The notes under the pieces were generated by a model. It saw only the letters and a program-made list of their open reading frames with translations. It was not told where the DNA came from and made no database searches. A stretch of DNA of 64,000 nucleotides, taken from Methanobacteriota archaeon. Its GTDB lineage: Archaea > Thermoplasmatota > E2 > DHVEG-1. Position numbers and translations under genes: made by a program. Positions 27,750 through 39,145 of this stretch are shown here, piece after piece; within the stretch, counting starts at the first letter, position 1; each line of letters begins with the position of its first letter. The stretch lies in assembly GCA_963769885.1 (NCBI GenBank), contig CAVYNH010000007.1, positions 256,001-320,000 on the forward strand, written 5' to 3'.

Positions 27750-29555
27750 CTATTTTTGGATCACGATGCCTGCCGGGTCAATCTCCCGTAAGAGCCGCTG
27801 CTCTTTCTCGGTCGGCGCCGCCGTCTGAGCGACCTTTTTGGAAATCAAGAGCGGGAAGCCGCTGTTCTGCCGTACCATCTCTAGTGTGACGCCTGGATGC
27901 AACGACAGCAATGTCATCCGCTTCGACGCTGCATCGAACCCATAGACGCCCAGCTGGGTGATCACTCGATACGGACCGCCATTCTTGGGCAGGCCCTCTC
28001 GCTCCCGCGCCCCCGCACCATCAAGATATCCCGGCGTCGTCAGGAAATCGATTCGAGGGAGGAACCTCTCCTTGTCCTGCCGCATGATGATAATCGTCCT
28101 GTGGCAAAGGCTCCCCACGTCGTTCGCGCCGCCGCTCCCAGGCAGCCGGACCTTCGGATGCTCATATGGGCCGATTACCGTTGTGTTGATGTTCCCATAC
28201 ATGTCAATCTGCGCCGCACCTAGGAACCCGTAGTCGAGGTACCCGGCCTGGCTCATGGACATGGTATCATGCATGCTCGAGGCCGCGACTGCATGGTAGA
28301 ACGTCCGCGAATCCCCCACCGAGATCGGCAGCACCGGCATCTGCGGCCCGATCCCCCCCGCCTCGAATACCAGCAGGAGGTTCGGCGCATGCGTCCGCTG
28401 CGCCAGCATCGCTGCAATCATCGGCAGTCCCGTCCCCACGAACACAGACCGGCCATCCTCCAAAGCATGCGAGGCCGCCGACGCCAACAACTCCGTCGAG
28501 GAATACCCACTCTTCGGCGTTCCCTCTCCTTTCTTGATCCACGGTGCCGTCATCGATTCCTCGAAATGCTCGATTCTCCGCAGCCGCTGCAGCGTCCGCG
28601 ACCCACCAATACGCTTGAGATACTCAGCGTGATCATCGCAGCCATACACGTACTTCGCCAGGTACGCCTCCACGCCCTCATCCGACCGCGACGACGACAG
28701 CCACTCCCCGATATGCGCTTCATCGAAGAAATACAAATACGGCATCTGACACGGATGTGAGCCATACGGCACCTGCACCACGGCATCCACCAGATAGAAC
28801 GGGATCACCGTCTTCCACGGTTCCGCACGAATCCTTGAAGAGGCAATGATCTTCTCAGTGGAAATAACCACTCGCCGGGACGCACGCGCCAACTCAAAAT
28901 CCTCAACCATGATCCCATCAATCTGCGCATTCCCATACTTATCAGCCCGCGGGACATGGATCACCGCTACATCCGGGATGCACGCCGGTAACAGACAGAT
29001 CGGCTTCCCACTGAACGGATCCTCAATGACCTTCGCAGAACTTCGATTGAACGTATCGGTCCCCAGCATCACTCGCGTCGGGATGAACGGCAGCCCCATC
29101 ATACCAGCCAGGAACCGCCACTGATACCCCGCGTTGCTGATCTCCCCGATGACCTTGCAACAACCCTGCTCGACTGCGCGCCGTGACGCCGGCGACAGCC
29201 CGCGCAGCTCATGCCCAAACGCATACGCGACCTCAACAGCATCAACGCATCCAGCCCCAACGAGCACATCCAGGTCATGGACCGCAGTCTTCCCCGCCAT
29301 CGTCAGATGCCGCTTGTGCTGCCGCACCATCTCGTAGACGGCAGCCATCGAGACACGCACGTGCCCGAACCCGCCCATCGCAAGAAACGAACCATCAGCC
29401 ACAAGAGAACGGATCGCCTCTGACATCGGCATCCGCTTATCCACAAGACTCCGCGTCTTGTTCGCAACGATCCACGCCCGGTTCTCATCCGGATCATGCC
29501 AACCGACAAGCTTCCCCGTCCCAGCCTGAACCACAGATGGCACCTGACCACTCAT
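27750..29555 (-). CDS. Family I CoA-transferase, fused alpha+beta (GctAB-like)
   Basis: Alpha: GGFG..R, PDVAVIHVPRAD.YGN. Beta: VFVGTGLP, FEAG (catalytic Glu), GAAQID.YGNIN, LPGSGGAND. Confidence 0.9.
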   Translation of the reverse strand: MSGQVPSVVQAGTGKLVGWHDPDENRAWIVANKTRSLVDKRMPMSEAIRSLVADGSFLAMGGFGHVRVSMAAVYEMVRQHKRHLTMAGKTAVHDLDVLVGAGCVDAVEVAYAFGHELRGLSPASRRAVEQGCCKVIGEISNAGYQWRFLAGMMGLPFIPTRVMLGTDTFNRSSAKVIEDPFSGKPICLLPACIPDVAVIHVPRADKYGNAQIDGIMVEDFELARASRRVVISTEKIIASSRIRAEPWKTVIPFYLVDAVVQVPYGSHPCQMPYLYFFDEAHIGEWLSSSRSDEGVEAYLAKYVYGCDDHAEYLKRIGGSRTLQRLRRIEHFEESMTAPWIKKGEGTPKSGYSSTELLASAASHALEDGRSVFVGTGLPMIAAMLAQRTHAPNLLLVFEAGGIGPQMPVLPISVGDSRTFYHAVAASSMHDTMSMSQAGYLDYGFLGAAQIDMYGNINTTVIGPYEHPKVRLPGSGGANDVGSLCHRTIIIMRQDKERFLPRIDFLTTPGYLDGAGAREREGLPKNGGPYRVITQLGVYGFDAASKRMTLLSLHPGVTLEMVRQNSGFPLLISKKVAQTAAPTEKEQRLLREIDPAGIVIQK

Positions 29556-29727
29556 ACCCTGCTCACCAAGCATTAAAACTTTCCCATTCACCAGAAACAC
29601 CACAATCCTAATAAAAACTATTGTCTAAGAACACTCCAGGGAGTCATCAACATCACTACCTCGAGGGAAGACGATTTAATACCATAAAAAAACAGAAAAA
29701 AGAAAGAGACCAGGCTTGCCGCCTAAT

Positions 29728-32700
29728 CTACCAACCGTCGACGGTGAACTCCCAGGAGGCCATCATCAAGCGGCCATCGTCGCACCTCAAAATGTTACCA
29801 TCGGAGTCCTGGAGCGTAACGACGAGCCGATGCGGCACATTCTCAGGATGCAACTCATTGGCGCGAAGTTCCTGGGCATTGAAGATCTCATCCAGCGGAA
29901 GGACCCCGCCAACCCCTATCTGCCGAAGCTGGGTCTCATTCACCACGGTCACATCCGGCAGCCATTCCTGATAGCCTTCGTCAAAGTACTGGGCCTCGAT
30001 GTAGACGAACCCGGTGATGTTCGTCGTCCCGGTGTTCACGATCTTCGACTCCCGCCCGGTATAGAACTTGTAGATGGGGCTCCAGGTCGTCCCCGAGGTG
30101 CTCTCCGCCTTCACCTTCCAGTACCACCACTGCCCATTCCACAGGGCACCAGTGTACCGTTGTCGATACGTGCCGTTGCCGACGCTTGCGTTCTCCCCGA
30201 AATAGTTCCACCCCGTGCTGTTCGAGTAGTCACACATACACAATAAGCTGGGTGCAGCGTGACTCACCCTCGGTGCCGATGAACGCGATCCCCGCCTGCA
30301 ACGCGTCGATGTCGGACCACGTCCAGGGTTGATTCGAGGGGTTCGTTGATCGGGTGAATGAGAAGTTCGCGTAGACAGACGGGGTGAAGACAGGGCTCAG
30401 AACGCGGTTGTTGCCGACCTTGAGAATGATTTTCGCCTCGCTGGGAACCGGTGGAAATAGGAATTCGCTGGTGCGTTCGCAGCGCGCCACGACGCAGACC
30501 TGACTGATCACGCCCGACTCATCCGTGTGGTCCGTGAGCAAGTAGGTGTCGTTTGCCCAGGTCGTATCCTGCCGGCACACATAATCCTCATCTTCATTTG
30601 CTATGGTCTCATCCACGCACTCATAGTTCGCTTTGCCGGTGTTCCTCCCCAGACCGGTCGTGCTTCCGTTCCCATCGGGATACAGGATCAGGGTCGAGGG
30701 CGTCGAGTTGGTGTACCAGGTGAGGTTCATCATGCCGCCCGCAGGGTCAGCAACAGTGACGTTCACCCAGGGCGTCAGGCTGATTCCGATGCTGCCGTAG
30801 GCTGGCTCGGGGGAGGTGATGCTGGGCGCGGTGCCGTAGGTTACGCGGAGTTCCACCATTGAGCAGAACACAAATTCATTCTCCTGGTCCACATGGGCTT
30901 CGACCTCGCAGGATAACGACTTGACCTGCTCCCAGGTCCAATGTTCCTCTGATGTGAGGTTGTTGGTGACTTCTACCCAGGGCGTCCACTCCGGCACATC
31001 GGACACATTAAAGGTATGGTTCTCGCCTTTTTCTTGGATATACGGCCACAGGGTGATTGAACCGTTTTTTCCTTCCCGATAGCAGCAGGCCCGGATCTCG
31101 ACTTTCTGGATGCTACCGAGGTCGGTGCCATTGCAGGTGGTGCCGTTCAGGAGCTGGGTTTCACCGTCGAGTTTTGTGTAAGCGAACGTCTCGTTGGTTT
31201 CGTCAACCATGTTTTCTGGGTCGGCGTCCCAGGCTTGTTTAGGATCATAGCTGTTGAAGTAGTACGTGGTTTGGAGGGCGTCGTACCAGTGGAGCTGGGT
31301 CTGCTTCTGTTGGCCGGGAGCCAGTGTCCCGATGCGGATGAAGAGGGAGACGGGGGCGTTCGTTTGGCCTTGGCGAGATTTGACTTGGAGGAGGTAGGTG
31401 AGGCTGGGGTTCCAGTGGAGGTACAGGGTCGAGATGGAGTTGTCGGTGTGGTTCTCCTTGAGGAAGACCGTGGTATCAGTCAGGGTGGTGTAGGTGCGGT
31501 TGAGGGATTGGTTAAGCAGGTACGTCGTGCCGTCGATGCTGACCGTGTCGTTTTCGGTGGTGTCGTCGATGTGGATGTCGTTGATCTCCCAGCCAAAGCC
31601 AAGGGTGTAGGGGATACTGGTGGTGCCGAGGTTCTTGATGGAGGGGATGACGATGAGGTTGGTGTCGTACGTGCCGAGGTGGTAGGTGAGGGTGAGGCGG
31701 ATGGGGTAGCCTTGGTAGGTGAGGTCTTTGGTGTAGGTGATGTTGATGGAGGTGGTGTTGTCGGTGTCTATGGTTTGGGTGAAGCCGGTGAGTTCGTCGG
31801 TGCGGAAGAGGATGTGCCAGCCGGTTTGGGTGTGGTAGCCGAGCATGAGGACGTTGTGGGACCAGTAGTGGTTGTGGTGGTTGGTGAGTTGGACGCCGGT
31901 GGTGTTGTCGAGGTAGTAGCTGTCGTGTTGGTTCCAGAAGTGCAGGATGGTGCCGTTGTCGAGGTGTTCGACGCCGAGGCTGGGCGGGGTGGGTTGTGGG
32001 GGGTCGGTGAGGTTGACGTAGTCGAAGGGTCCGTAGGTGTCTTTGAGGGTGCAGATGGTCATGGTGGCGTTGGCGCTGCCGGTGAAATTAAAACCTGAGA
32101 TGAGGTCGGTGTTGTTAGCATTATCGACGGTCCAGATACTGTAGTTGTAGGCGCCGGTCTGCCAGGTGTCATCGAAAATGTAGGTGTAGTCGTAGGGGGT
32201 GAGCGTGTCATTGACCATGGAGACGTTACGGTAGGTAGTACCATCGGGGGAGGTGATGTTGACTTTGATTGTCTTGAGGCCGCTTTCGTTGTCGATGAGG
32301 TCGGCGGCGATGGTGATCGGTTCCCCGGGTCCTACTCGGTTGGGCAGGGAGAGTACTTGCGTGAAGTCGGGGACGTCGAGTTCGACCCAGATGGGGTGGG
32401 TGACGTTATGGCTGTGTCCTTCAGTGTCGTGGACGGTGAGGGTGACGTTGTAGATGCTGGCGTTGGGGTAGGTATGGGTGGTGTTTTGGGTGTAGGAGTA
32501 GGTGCCGTCGCCGAAGTCCCAGGTCCAGTCAGTGATGTTGTATTTGCCGGCGGAGGTGTCGTTGAAGATGACTTGTTGGCCTGGTTTCCAGTCGCCGGTG
32601 GCTTGGAAGTTGGAGTTGAGGATGAGGACGGTGATGTTCTGGGAGCAGTTGAGGTACTCGTTATCGGGGGTGTGGATGCTGACGTTGATGGTGTAGGTAC

Positions 32701-35455
32701 CGGGTTGGGTGTAGGCGTGGCTGGCGTTCTGGTCGTGGGAGATGTTGCCGTCGCCGAAGTCCCAGGTCCAGGTGAGGTTGCCTCGGGTTTCATGGTCGAT
32801 GGTGACCTCGGGTGAAAGGCCGGAGCAACTGGTCGTTTGTCCCACGGCGACAGTGTGCAAGGTGAAGTCGTTGAGAAGGGTGGGGTCCCAGTTGTTGTAG
32901 GCTCCGTCAAAAATCGAGCGGACGTGAACGGTACAATTAGTCCAAGGACTTATCGAGTCGGGGCTGAGGATGTGGTCTTTGACGTGGACGGAGACATTGT
33001 AGGTGCCGCCGAGACGCCATGATTGTGTGAAAGTGTCTTGTCCGTTGAAGCTTGGTCGCCAGCGGGTATAGTGGTCTTTGTATCCATTTATGCTTCTGGT
33101 TTGGTATCGCCATTGGAACCAGAGTAAGGGGTCGCTGTTGGGGTCGCTGCATGTGGCTTGGAAGGGGAATTCCTCGTTTCGGTCAAGCTCTCCGGTTGGT
33201 GTATTGGTGATGTTGGGTTTTTCGGGTGGGTCGTTGACGGGTGCGAGGTAGATGTGTGAGAGGGTGTAGTAGTCGTCTGCGTAGCATCCGTCGTCCCATT
33301 TAACATGATCGGGGTCGTCGATGTCTCCAGTGAAGTTGAAAAGAAAAACAGCGAGGTCGTAGTACCCTTTGGGTGCGCTTTGCGGCGGCATGGTTCTGAG
33401 ATAGCCGTCGATTCCGTCTGGTGTGCTGGTGTAGATGGCGTTTTTCTCGTACCGTTTTAGGACGGGATGATCTTCGGAGGTAAGGATGGTCCTGACTTTG
33501 GTATAGTCGTGAGGTCGGTCGGTGTCGATATGATAGGAGACGTTGACGGCGTCAGGGTCGTTGTTGTTGTCATATTGTGAGTCGGTGAGGGTGATGTCTG
33601 GGTCGCCGGCGAACCAAGCGTTGGAGGCGATGGTGAGGTACTTGGTGACGTTGAGGATGAGTTCAGCGGTCGCGTTGACCTCAACGGGGTTGAGGTTTTT
33701 TACGACGTCGCCTTCGGTGTGGTTGTTGCCATCGCGGTGATGCATCAGCCATTTCCCGGGGGGAAAGGAGACGTTTTCCTTGATGAAGCAAAAGACGCGA
33801 TGAAAACCGCTGTAGAAAGGATAGTTGTCGCTTAAATAGACAGGGCTTCTTTTTCCTGTCTCCTGCGTCTTGAGTGCAGTGGTGTTGTTTACGAGTGTGG
33901 TGAACTGGGTGTCGTCCGCGATTGTTTTTATGGTCTGGTTATAGCCTGGGTGGTTGCTGAAGATCCAGAGTGCTGGGGGTGGGTTGGTTTGCTGGTAGGC
34001 GAATTGGTTCAAGTCGATGACAATCGGGATTTGACCTGTGATGACTTCGTCCCAGTGCATTTTGTGGTAGGCGTAGGCTCCGTGGAGGCCTGCTTCTTCT
34101 CCGCTGAAGGCGACGAATCGGAGGTTGTACATCGGTGTGATGTTGTTCTCTTTGTAGTAGCATGCGATGGCGAGCATGATGCCGATGCCGACCGAGCTAT
34201 CTGCGCTTGCTTGGCATTGCTTCCCGTCGTAGAGGCAGCCGATGATGATGTTTTTGTATGGGTTGGTTCCGTTGATTTGGCCGATGACGTTCCAACTATC
34301 GACGCTGTCATTCCAGTATTGTTCGATACTGTAGTTGATGCGGTAGTTTTCGATGTTTCTGATGATTTCTTGTCCTTGTTTGCCGGTGATGTAGATGACG
34401 GGCAGTGGGTAGTATTGGGGTTGATCGGTGTTGAATGTATCATTGTTGTGGTCGTAGAGGATGAGGCCTCGGAAGCATGGGTGCCTGCTCCATATCATCA
34501 TTTCAAAGAACCGTGCCTGTTTGAGGAAGAACTTACATAATATTTGTGCTAGAGGGCGATTGTTTTCATCGAATCGATTGTAAAGGTGTTGTAGAAATTG
34601 TTCCCCATAATATTTTTCCGGGTCTGGATTAAAGGAGGGATCTTCAGCGATGAAGACGAAAGGCTCTGAGCAGTTGCAGCCACATCCTGACCCGATATCA
34701 TCAGATAATCCAGGTATCCTCTCAAGCGCTAGGGAGAGATTGGTGAATGCTTCCTCGAATGTGATGCCCCATGCATTTTGGATCCGCTCGATAATGCAGG
34801 CTATCAAATTGAGCAGGCTTTCGTTATTGAGGTTGTATTTTTCGATATGATCGATGATGTCGAGGAGTAATTTACTTAGGTTTTCATAGACGTGCCAGGG
34901 TTTTTCATATATATTTAGGTTGGTTTCCTTGAAGGTCGTAGACAATGTGTCTCTGGAGTGATTTTCAAGGAAAAAGCCGAGGGATTCTAACATTGTATGG
35001 TTCCATCGAGGTGCAATATGACTTTCATTAGTTATGTTAATCCTGGTAATGTTTTGAGTTGTCAGATTAATAAGTGTTAAATTATGACTTATTATTTGCA
35101 GGTCGTCATCAAAGTTATAAAGATGAACACTTGATCGATAGAGGGGTGAAGATTCGTTTGGGAGTTTTTCAGTCGTCGTCCATAGGCCTATTTCATTCAT
35201 CCAAGTTATAATACTGTCTCTTGCTACGATTTCCCCATCTGTTCCAAAATATCTGCCTTGAGGATTGTCTTCAATAATTCTTGAAAGAGCTTCTATTACA
35301 TCGTTAATGTAGGGTGTGTTGAGTGGGATTTCCTCTTCTTGCTCTGGTTCAGCCATGACCGTGAGTTCATGCGGCATTCTTACGACAATAAGTGTGTTCA
35401 TAATCATCGTCAAGCCTAGCAGTAATCCTATCGCCTTGATTGTCTTCTTATTCAT
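29728..35455 (-). pseudogene. Very large secreted multidomain protein (M28-like peptidase, PKD and Ig-like domains), frameshifted near 30232
   Basis: Signal peptide; NVIGQING, FSGEEAGL.G (M28); two W.WDFGDG PKD repeats. ORF 29728-30267 continues in another frame (VYV|DYSNSTGW). May be a sequencing error. Confidence 0.7.
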
Positions 35456-35593
35456 CCTTCATAGCCTCCAGAATACGAAACAATATGGTGGTTTAAAAGG
35501 TGAACGTGGGATCGGTGAAACTATTCAAAACGGTGAAAAAACAGAAGTAGCTTTAAATAATAAAAATAACATATATTGTCCAGGGCCTTGATT

Positions 35594-37186
35594 ATGGGCA
35601 GAGAAAAAAACCTCCTCATTCGAATACTTGTTCGATTGTTCATTCTCTCCCTCTTTATCATGCCAATCTCCGCGGTGGGCGTTCAACCCCCTTCGGATGC
35701 GGGTGGCGGCACGGCTGCGGAACGAAACGGTGGCCTCTTGGATTCCGCGTGGCCAATGTTCCACCATGATGCCAAACATACCGGGCAAAGCCCGTATGCA
35801 CCAACTGGAAACTGGCGTATAGAAAAATGGAAAGTCAAGATGACCTGGGGGATTACCGTCTCTTCCCCAGCTATTGACAAGAATGGCACACTTTATATCG
35901 GGTCCAATAATGAAGGCTACTTGTACGCAATCTATCCCAATGGGACAATCAAGTGGCTTGTGGATATCGGCAGCACAGTCTCTTCTCCTGCAATTGGAAA
36001 TGACGGCACAATCTATACTGGATCGATGCGCGGCTACCTTTATGCAATCATGCCTAATGGAACCGAGAAATGGAAAACAGATATTGGAGCAACCTATTCC
36101 TCACCCGTTATTGGTACGGGCGGTATTATTTATATCGGTGATACTGACAACGGCTACTTACACGCCATCGCTCCCAACGGGACGACTATCTGGAAATACC
36201 AGACCAATGCCTGGATCTACTCCTCGTCTGCCATTGGCGACGACGGGACCATTTATATCGGTTCCAATGACCGGTTCCTCTACGCTATCAATCCAAACGG
36301 GACCTTACAATGGAAATTCAGCACAGGTGATTACGTCCAATCAGCACCAAGCATCGACACCAACGGCAACATCTACTTTGGATCCTGGGATGGATATCTC
36401 TACAGCCTCAATCCAAACGGAACACTCCGATGGAAGCACTATGTCGGCACGACAGAAGTCACCCCAGCCATCGCACTCGATGGGACAATCTATATCGGTG
36501 ACCTTGATTACTGTCGACTCTATAGCTTTACCCCAAATGGCACACTAAATTGGTACTTCGAGGCTCAGGGTCATATCTATTCATCACCCTCTATCGATGC
36601 CAATGGGGCGATCTACTTCGGCTCATACAATCATGATCTATATGCACTCAATAAAAATGGCACGCTCCGATGGACATTCCATGTGGCTGACGAAGGCATC
36701 AAATCCTCACCAGTCATCGTGGAAGATGGCACAATCTACATCTCCGGAGAATTCCCCCCTTCAGGATCTATCCCTCCATATTCATTCCTCTACGCCCTCG
36801 GGTCAATCAACGACACCCGACCAACCCTCCCCTCCATCGTGGGCAATCAAACCGGCCACGTCCGTAGAACCTACACCTACACCATCACCGCCACCGACCC
36901 GGACAACAACACCCTCTCCTACTACATCGACTGGGGCGACGGTACCACCACCAACTGGACCAGTCCCACACCCTCTGGCCAGAGCATCATCCAATCCCAC
37001 ACCTGGCACAAGCGCGGCACCTACACCATCAAAGTCAAAGCCCGGGACCAATACCTTTGGGAGACCGATTGGGCCAACCTCACCGTGAAGATGCCGTACC
37101 AACCACCCCAATTCCCTCTCATTCACTGGTTCCTGAACCGATTCCCTAACGCCTTCCCCTTGCTCCATAGAATCTTTGATCAATAA
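35594..37186 (+). CDS. Secreted PQQ-like beta-propeller repeat protein with PKD domain and tail
   Basis: WPMFHHD..HTG, about 8 repeats SSPAI..DGTIYIGS....LYA.NPNGT.KW, IDWGDGT. Confidence 0.88.
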   Translation: MGREKNLLIRILVRLFILSLFIMPISAVGVQPPSDAGGGTAAERNGGLLDSAWPMFHHDAKHTGQSPYAPTGNWRIEKWKVKMTWGITVSSPAIDKNGTLYIGSNNEGYLYAIYPNGTIKWLVDIGSTVSSPAIGNDGTIYTGSMRGYLYAIMPNGTEKWKTDIGATYSSPVIGTGGIIYIGDTDNGYLHAIAPNGTTIWKYQTNAWIYSSSAIGDDGTIYIGSNDRFLYAINPNGTLQWKFSTGDYVQSAPSIDTNGNIYFGSWDGYLYSLNPNGTLRWKHYVGTTEVTPAIALDGTIYIGDLDYCRLYSFTPNGTLNWYFEAQGHIYSSPSIDANGAIYFGSYNHDLYALNKNGTLRWTFHVADEGIKSSPVIVEDGTIYISGEFPPSGSIPPYSFLYALGSINDTRPTLPSIVGNQTGHVRRTYTYTITATDPDNNTLSYYIDWGDGTTTNWTSPTPSGQSIIQSHTWHKRGTYTIKVKARDQYLWETDWANLTVKMPYQPPQFPLIHWFLNRFPNAFPLLHRIFDQ

Positions 37187-37359
37187 AAGAGAAGAATCGG
37201 CGTGGTAACACAAGCCAGAGTCAACCTTAAAAAAGGCAGGCACTGGCGTGATTCTAAATATTTTACTTAAAACGGGCTCGTTCAAATCTGATTGAGGAAA
37301 AAGGGGAATGCGTTTTAAACCTCCAGAGACAGTTTAATAAATCTCACGGACGATTCATT

Positions 37360-38934
37360 ATGGGGGAAAGTACTTTGTGGCAGCCTAGAACAATATTGAT
37401 TCTTGTAACGTCCCTGCTTATTCTTCCATCCATCTTACCTGCGACTCCGACGAGTGGTGAAACATTATCTGATGGTCTTCTGGATTCCGCATGGCCGATG
37501 TACTGCCATGATACCAGGCATACCGGGAGAAGTCCGTATGCCCCAAGTGGGAACTGGCGCATCGAAAAATGGCGATTCAAATCGACCTGGGACATATTAT
37601 ATTCCTCCCCCACCATCGATAACAATGGCACGATATATGTTGGATTATGTGGAGAACACTGCACAGTTGCTATTAACTCGGATGGATCTGAAAAATGGCG
37701 AGCTAGTACCGGGGGTGTCGAGCATTCTTCACCCGCTATTGGAATTGACGGGACAGTGTACATCGGCACAATAGCAGGAAGACTCTATGCGATTAACACG
37801 AACGGCACAATCAAATGGTGGATTTCGCTTGGAAGCGGATGGGCATCCTCCCCTGCTATCGACAACGACGGTATCATCTACTGCCCTGTCTCAGATAGTT
37901 ATCGGCTCGCCGCAGTCTTCCCCAACGGAACCATTAAATGGTATTTCCACGCGCAATCCTATATCTTCACTGACCCAACTATAAGCGACGACGGCACCAT
38001 TTACATCGGCTCCAATGACGGATATCTCTACGCCCTCAACCCGAATGGTACTATGCGATGGAAATTCTATGGCGGCGGGACAAAAGGCGTCGCCTCTGCC
38101 TCCATCGCAGACGATGGAACAATCTATGTCGGGAGCACGGGAGGTTATCTCTATTCCCTTGCTCCTAATGGGACACTTAATTGGAAGGTCTACACCGGCT
38201 GGATTGGCGGATCGACCCCAGCAATCGCCGCAGACGGAACCATCTACGTCGGCGACCAGACACACTACCGACTCTATAGTATCGCTCCCAACGGGACCTT
38301 TAATTGGGCCTTCCAAACCGGCAACGACATCATGTCATCACCAGCCATTGATGCCCATGGGACTATCTATTGTGCCTCATGCGACGGCAACCTCTATGCA
38401 CTCAATAAGAATGGCAGCCTCCGCTGGGCATTCCATGCCCATGGCGATATCCAATCCTCACCTGTCATTGCCGAAGACGGCACTATCTACATCTCCGGAT
38501 CTTTTGCAGGATCAGGATCTACACCTGACTATTCATACTTATATGCTTTAGGCACCATGAACGACACACAACCCACCCTGCCAACCATTACCGGCGATGC
38601 AACCGGTCACGTCCGACGGACCTACGACTACACCATCACCGCCACCGACCCGGACAACGACACCCTCCAATACTACGTCGACTGGGGCGACGGCACCTTC
38701 ACGAACTGGACCACCCCGTCACCCTCCGGACACCCTATCACACAATCCCACACCTGGAAGAAACGAGGAACCTACACCGTCAAAGTCAAAGCCCGGGACC
38801 AATACCTCTGGGAAACCGACTGGGCCAACCTCACCGTCAAGATGCCGTACCAGCCGCCGCGGTTCCCAATCCTACATTGGCTCCTGGATCGGTTCCCAAA
38901 TGCCTTCCTGCTCCTCCACACAATCTTCGGATAG
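37360..38934 (+). CDS. Secreted PQQ-like beta-propeller repeat protein with PKD domain and tail (tandem paralog)
   Basis: Same architecture as the preceding gene; near-identical C-terminus. Confidence 0.88.
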   Translation: MGESTLWQPRTILILVTSLLILPSILPATPTSGETLSDGLLDSAWPMYCHDTRHTGRSPYAPSGNWRIEKWRFKSTWDILYSSPTIDNNGTIYVGLCGEHCTVAINSDGSEKWRASTGGVEHSSPAIGIDGTVYIGTIAGRLYAINTNGTIKWWISLGSGWASSPAIDNDGIIYCPVSDSYRLAAVFPNGTIKWYFHAQSYIFTDPTISDDGTIYIGSNDGYLYALNPNGTMRWKFYGGGTKGVASASIADDGTIYVGSTGGYLYSLAPNGTLNWKVYTGWIGGSTPAIAADGTIYVGDQTHYRLYSIAPNGTFNWAFQTGNDIMSSPAIDAHGTIYCASCDGNLYALNKNGSLRWAFHAHGDIQSSPVIAEDGTIYISGSFAGSGSTPDYSYLYALGTMNDTQPTLPTITGDATGHVRRTYDYTITATDPDNDTLQYYVDWGDGTFTNWTTPSPSGHPITQSHTWKKRGTYTVKVKARDQYLWETDWANLTVKMPYQPPRFPILHWLLDRFPNAFLLLHTIFG

Positions 38935-39145
38935 AGAATGATATTTTCTACGCTTTGAGAGGTAGTGCGACAGTATCATAGACGAGATGACCACGGTCCT
39001 TGCCAAAGTGGTAACATAGTTCGGAGATTCACCCCGTTCCGCCGATTTTAAATCTAATAAATAACAAATATCAAAAGACCAACGGATAAACCCTTCAGCG
39101 TAACCTTAAAATCAACAACCCCATTGCAGGAGACGGGAAAACACT

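Noticed and set aside
30230-30232. Selenocysteine read-through at the TGA ending the 1741-aa ORF
   Set aside because: The continuation is in a different frame, so it is a frameshift and not recoding.
35594-38934. Diversity-generating retroelement TR/VR pair
   Set aside because: Differences between the repeats are not adenine-specific, both copies are coding, and no reverse transcriptase is in the window.
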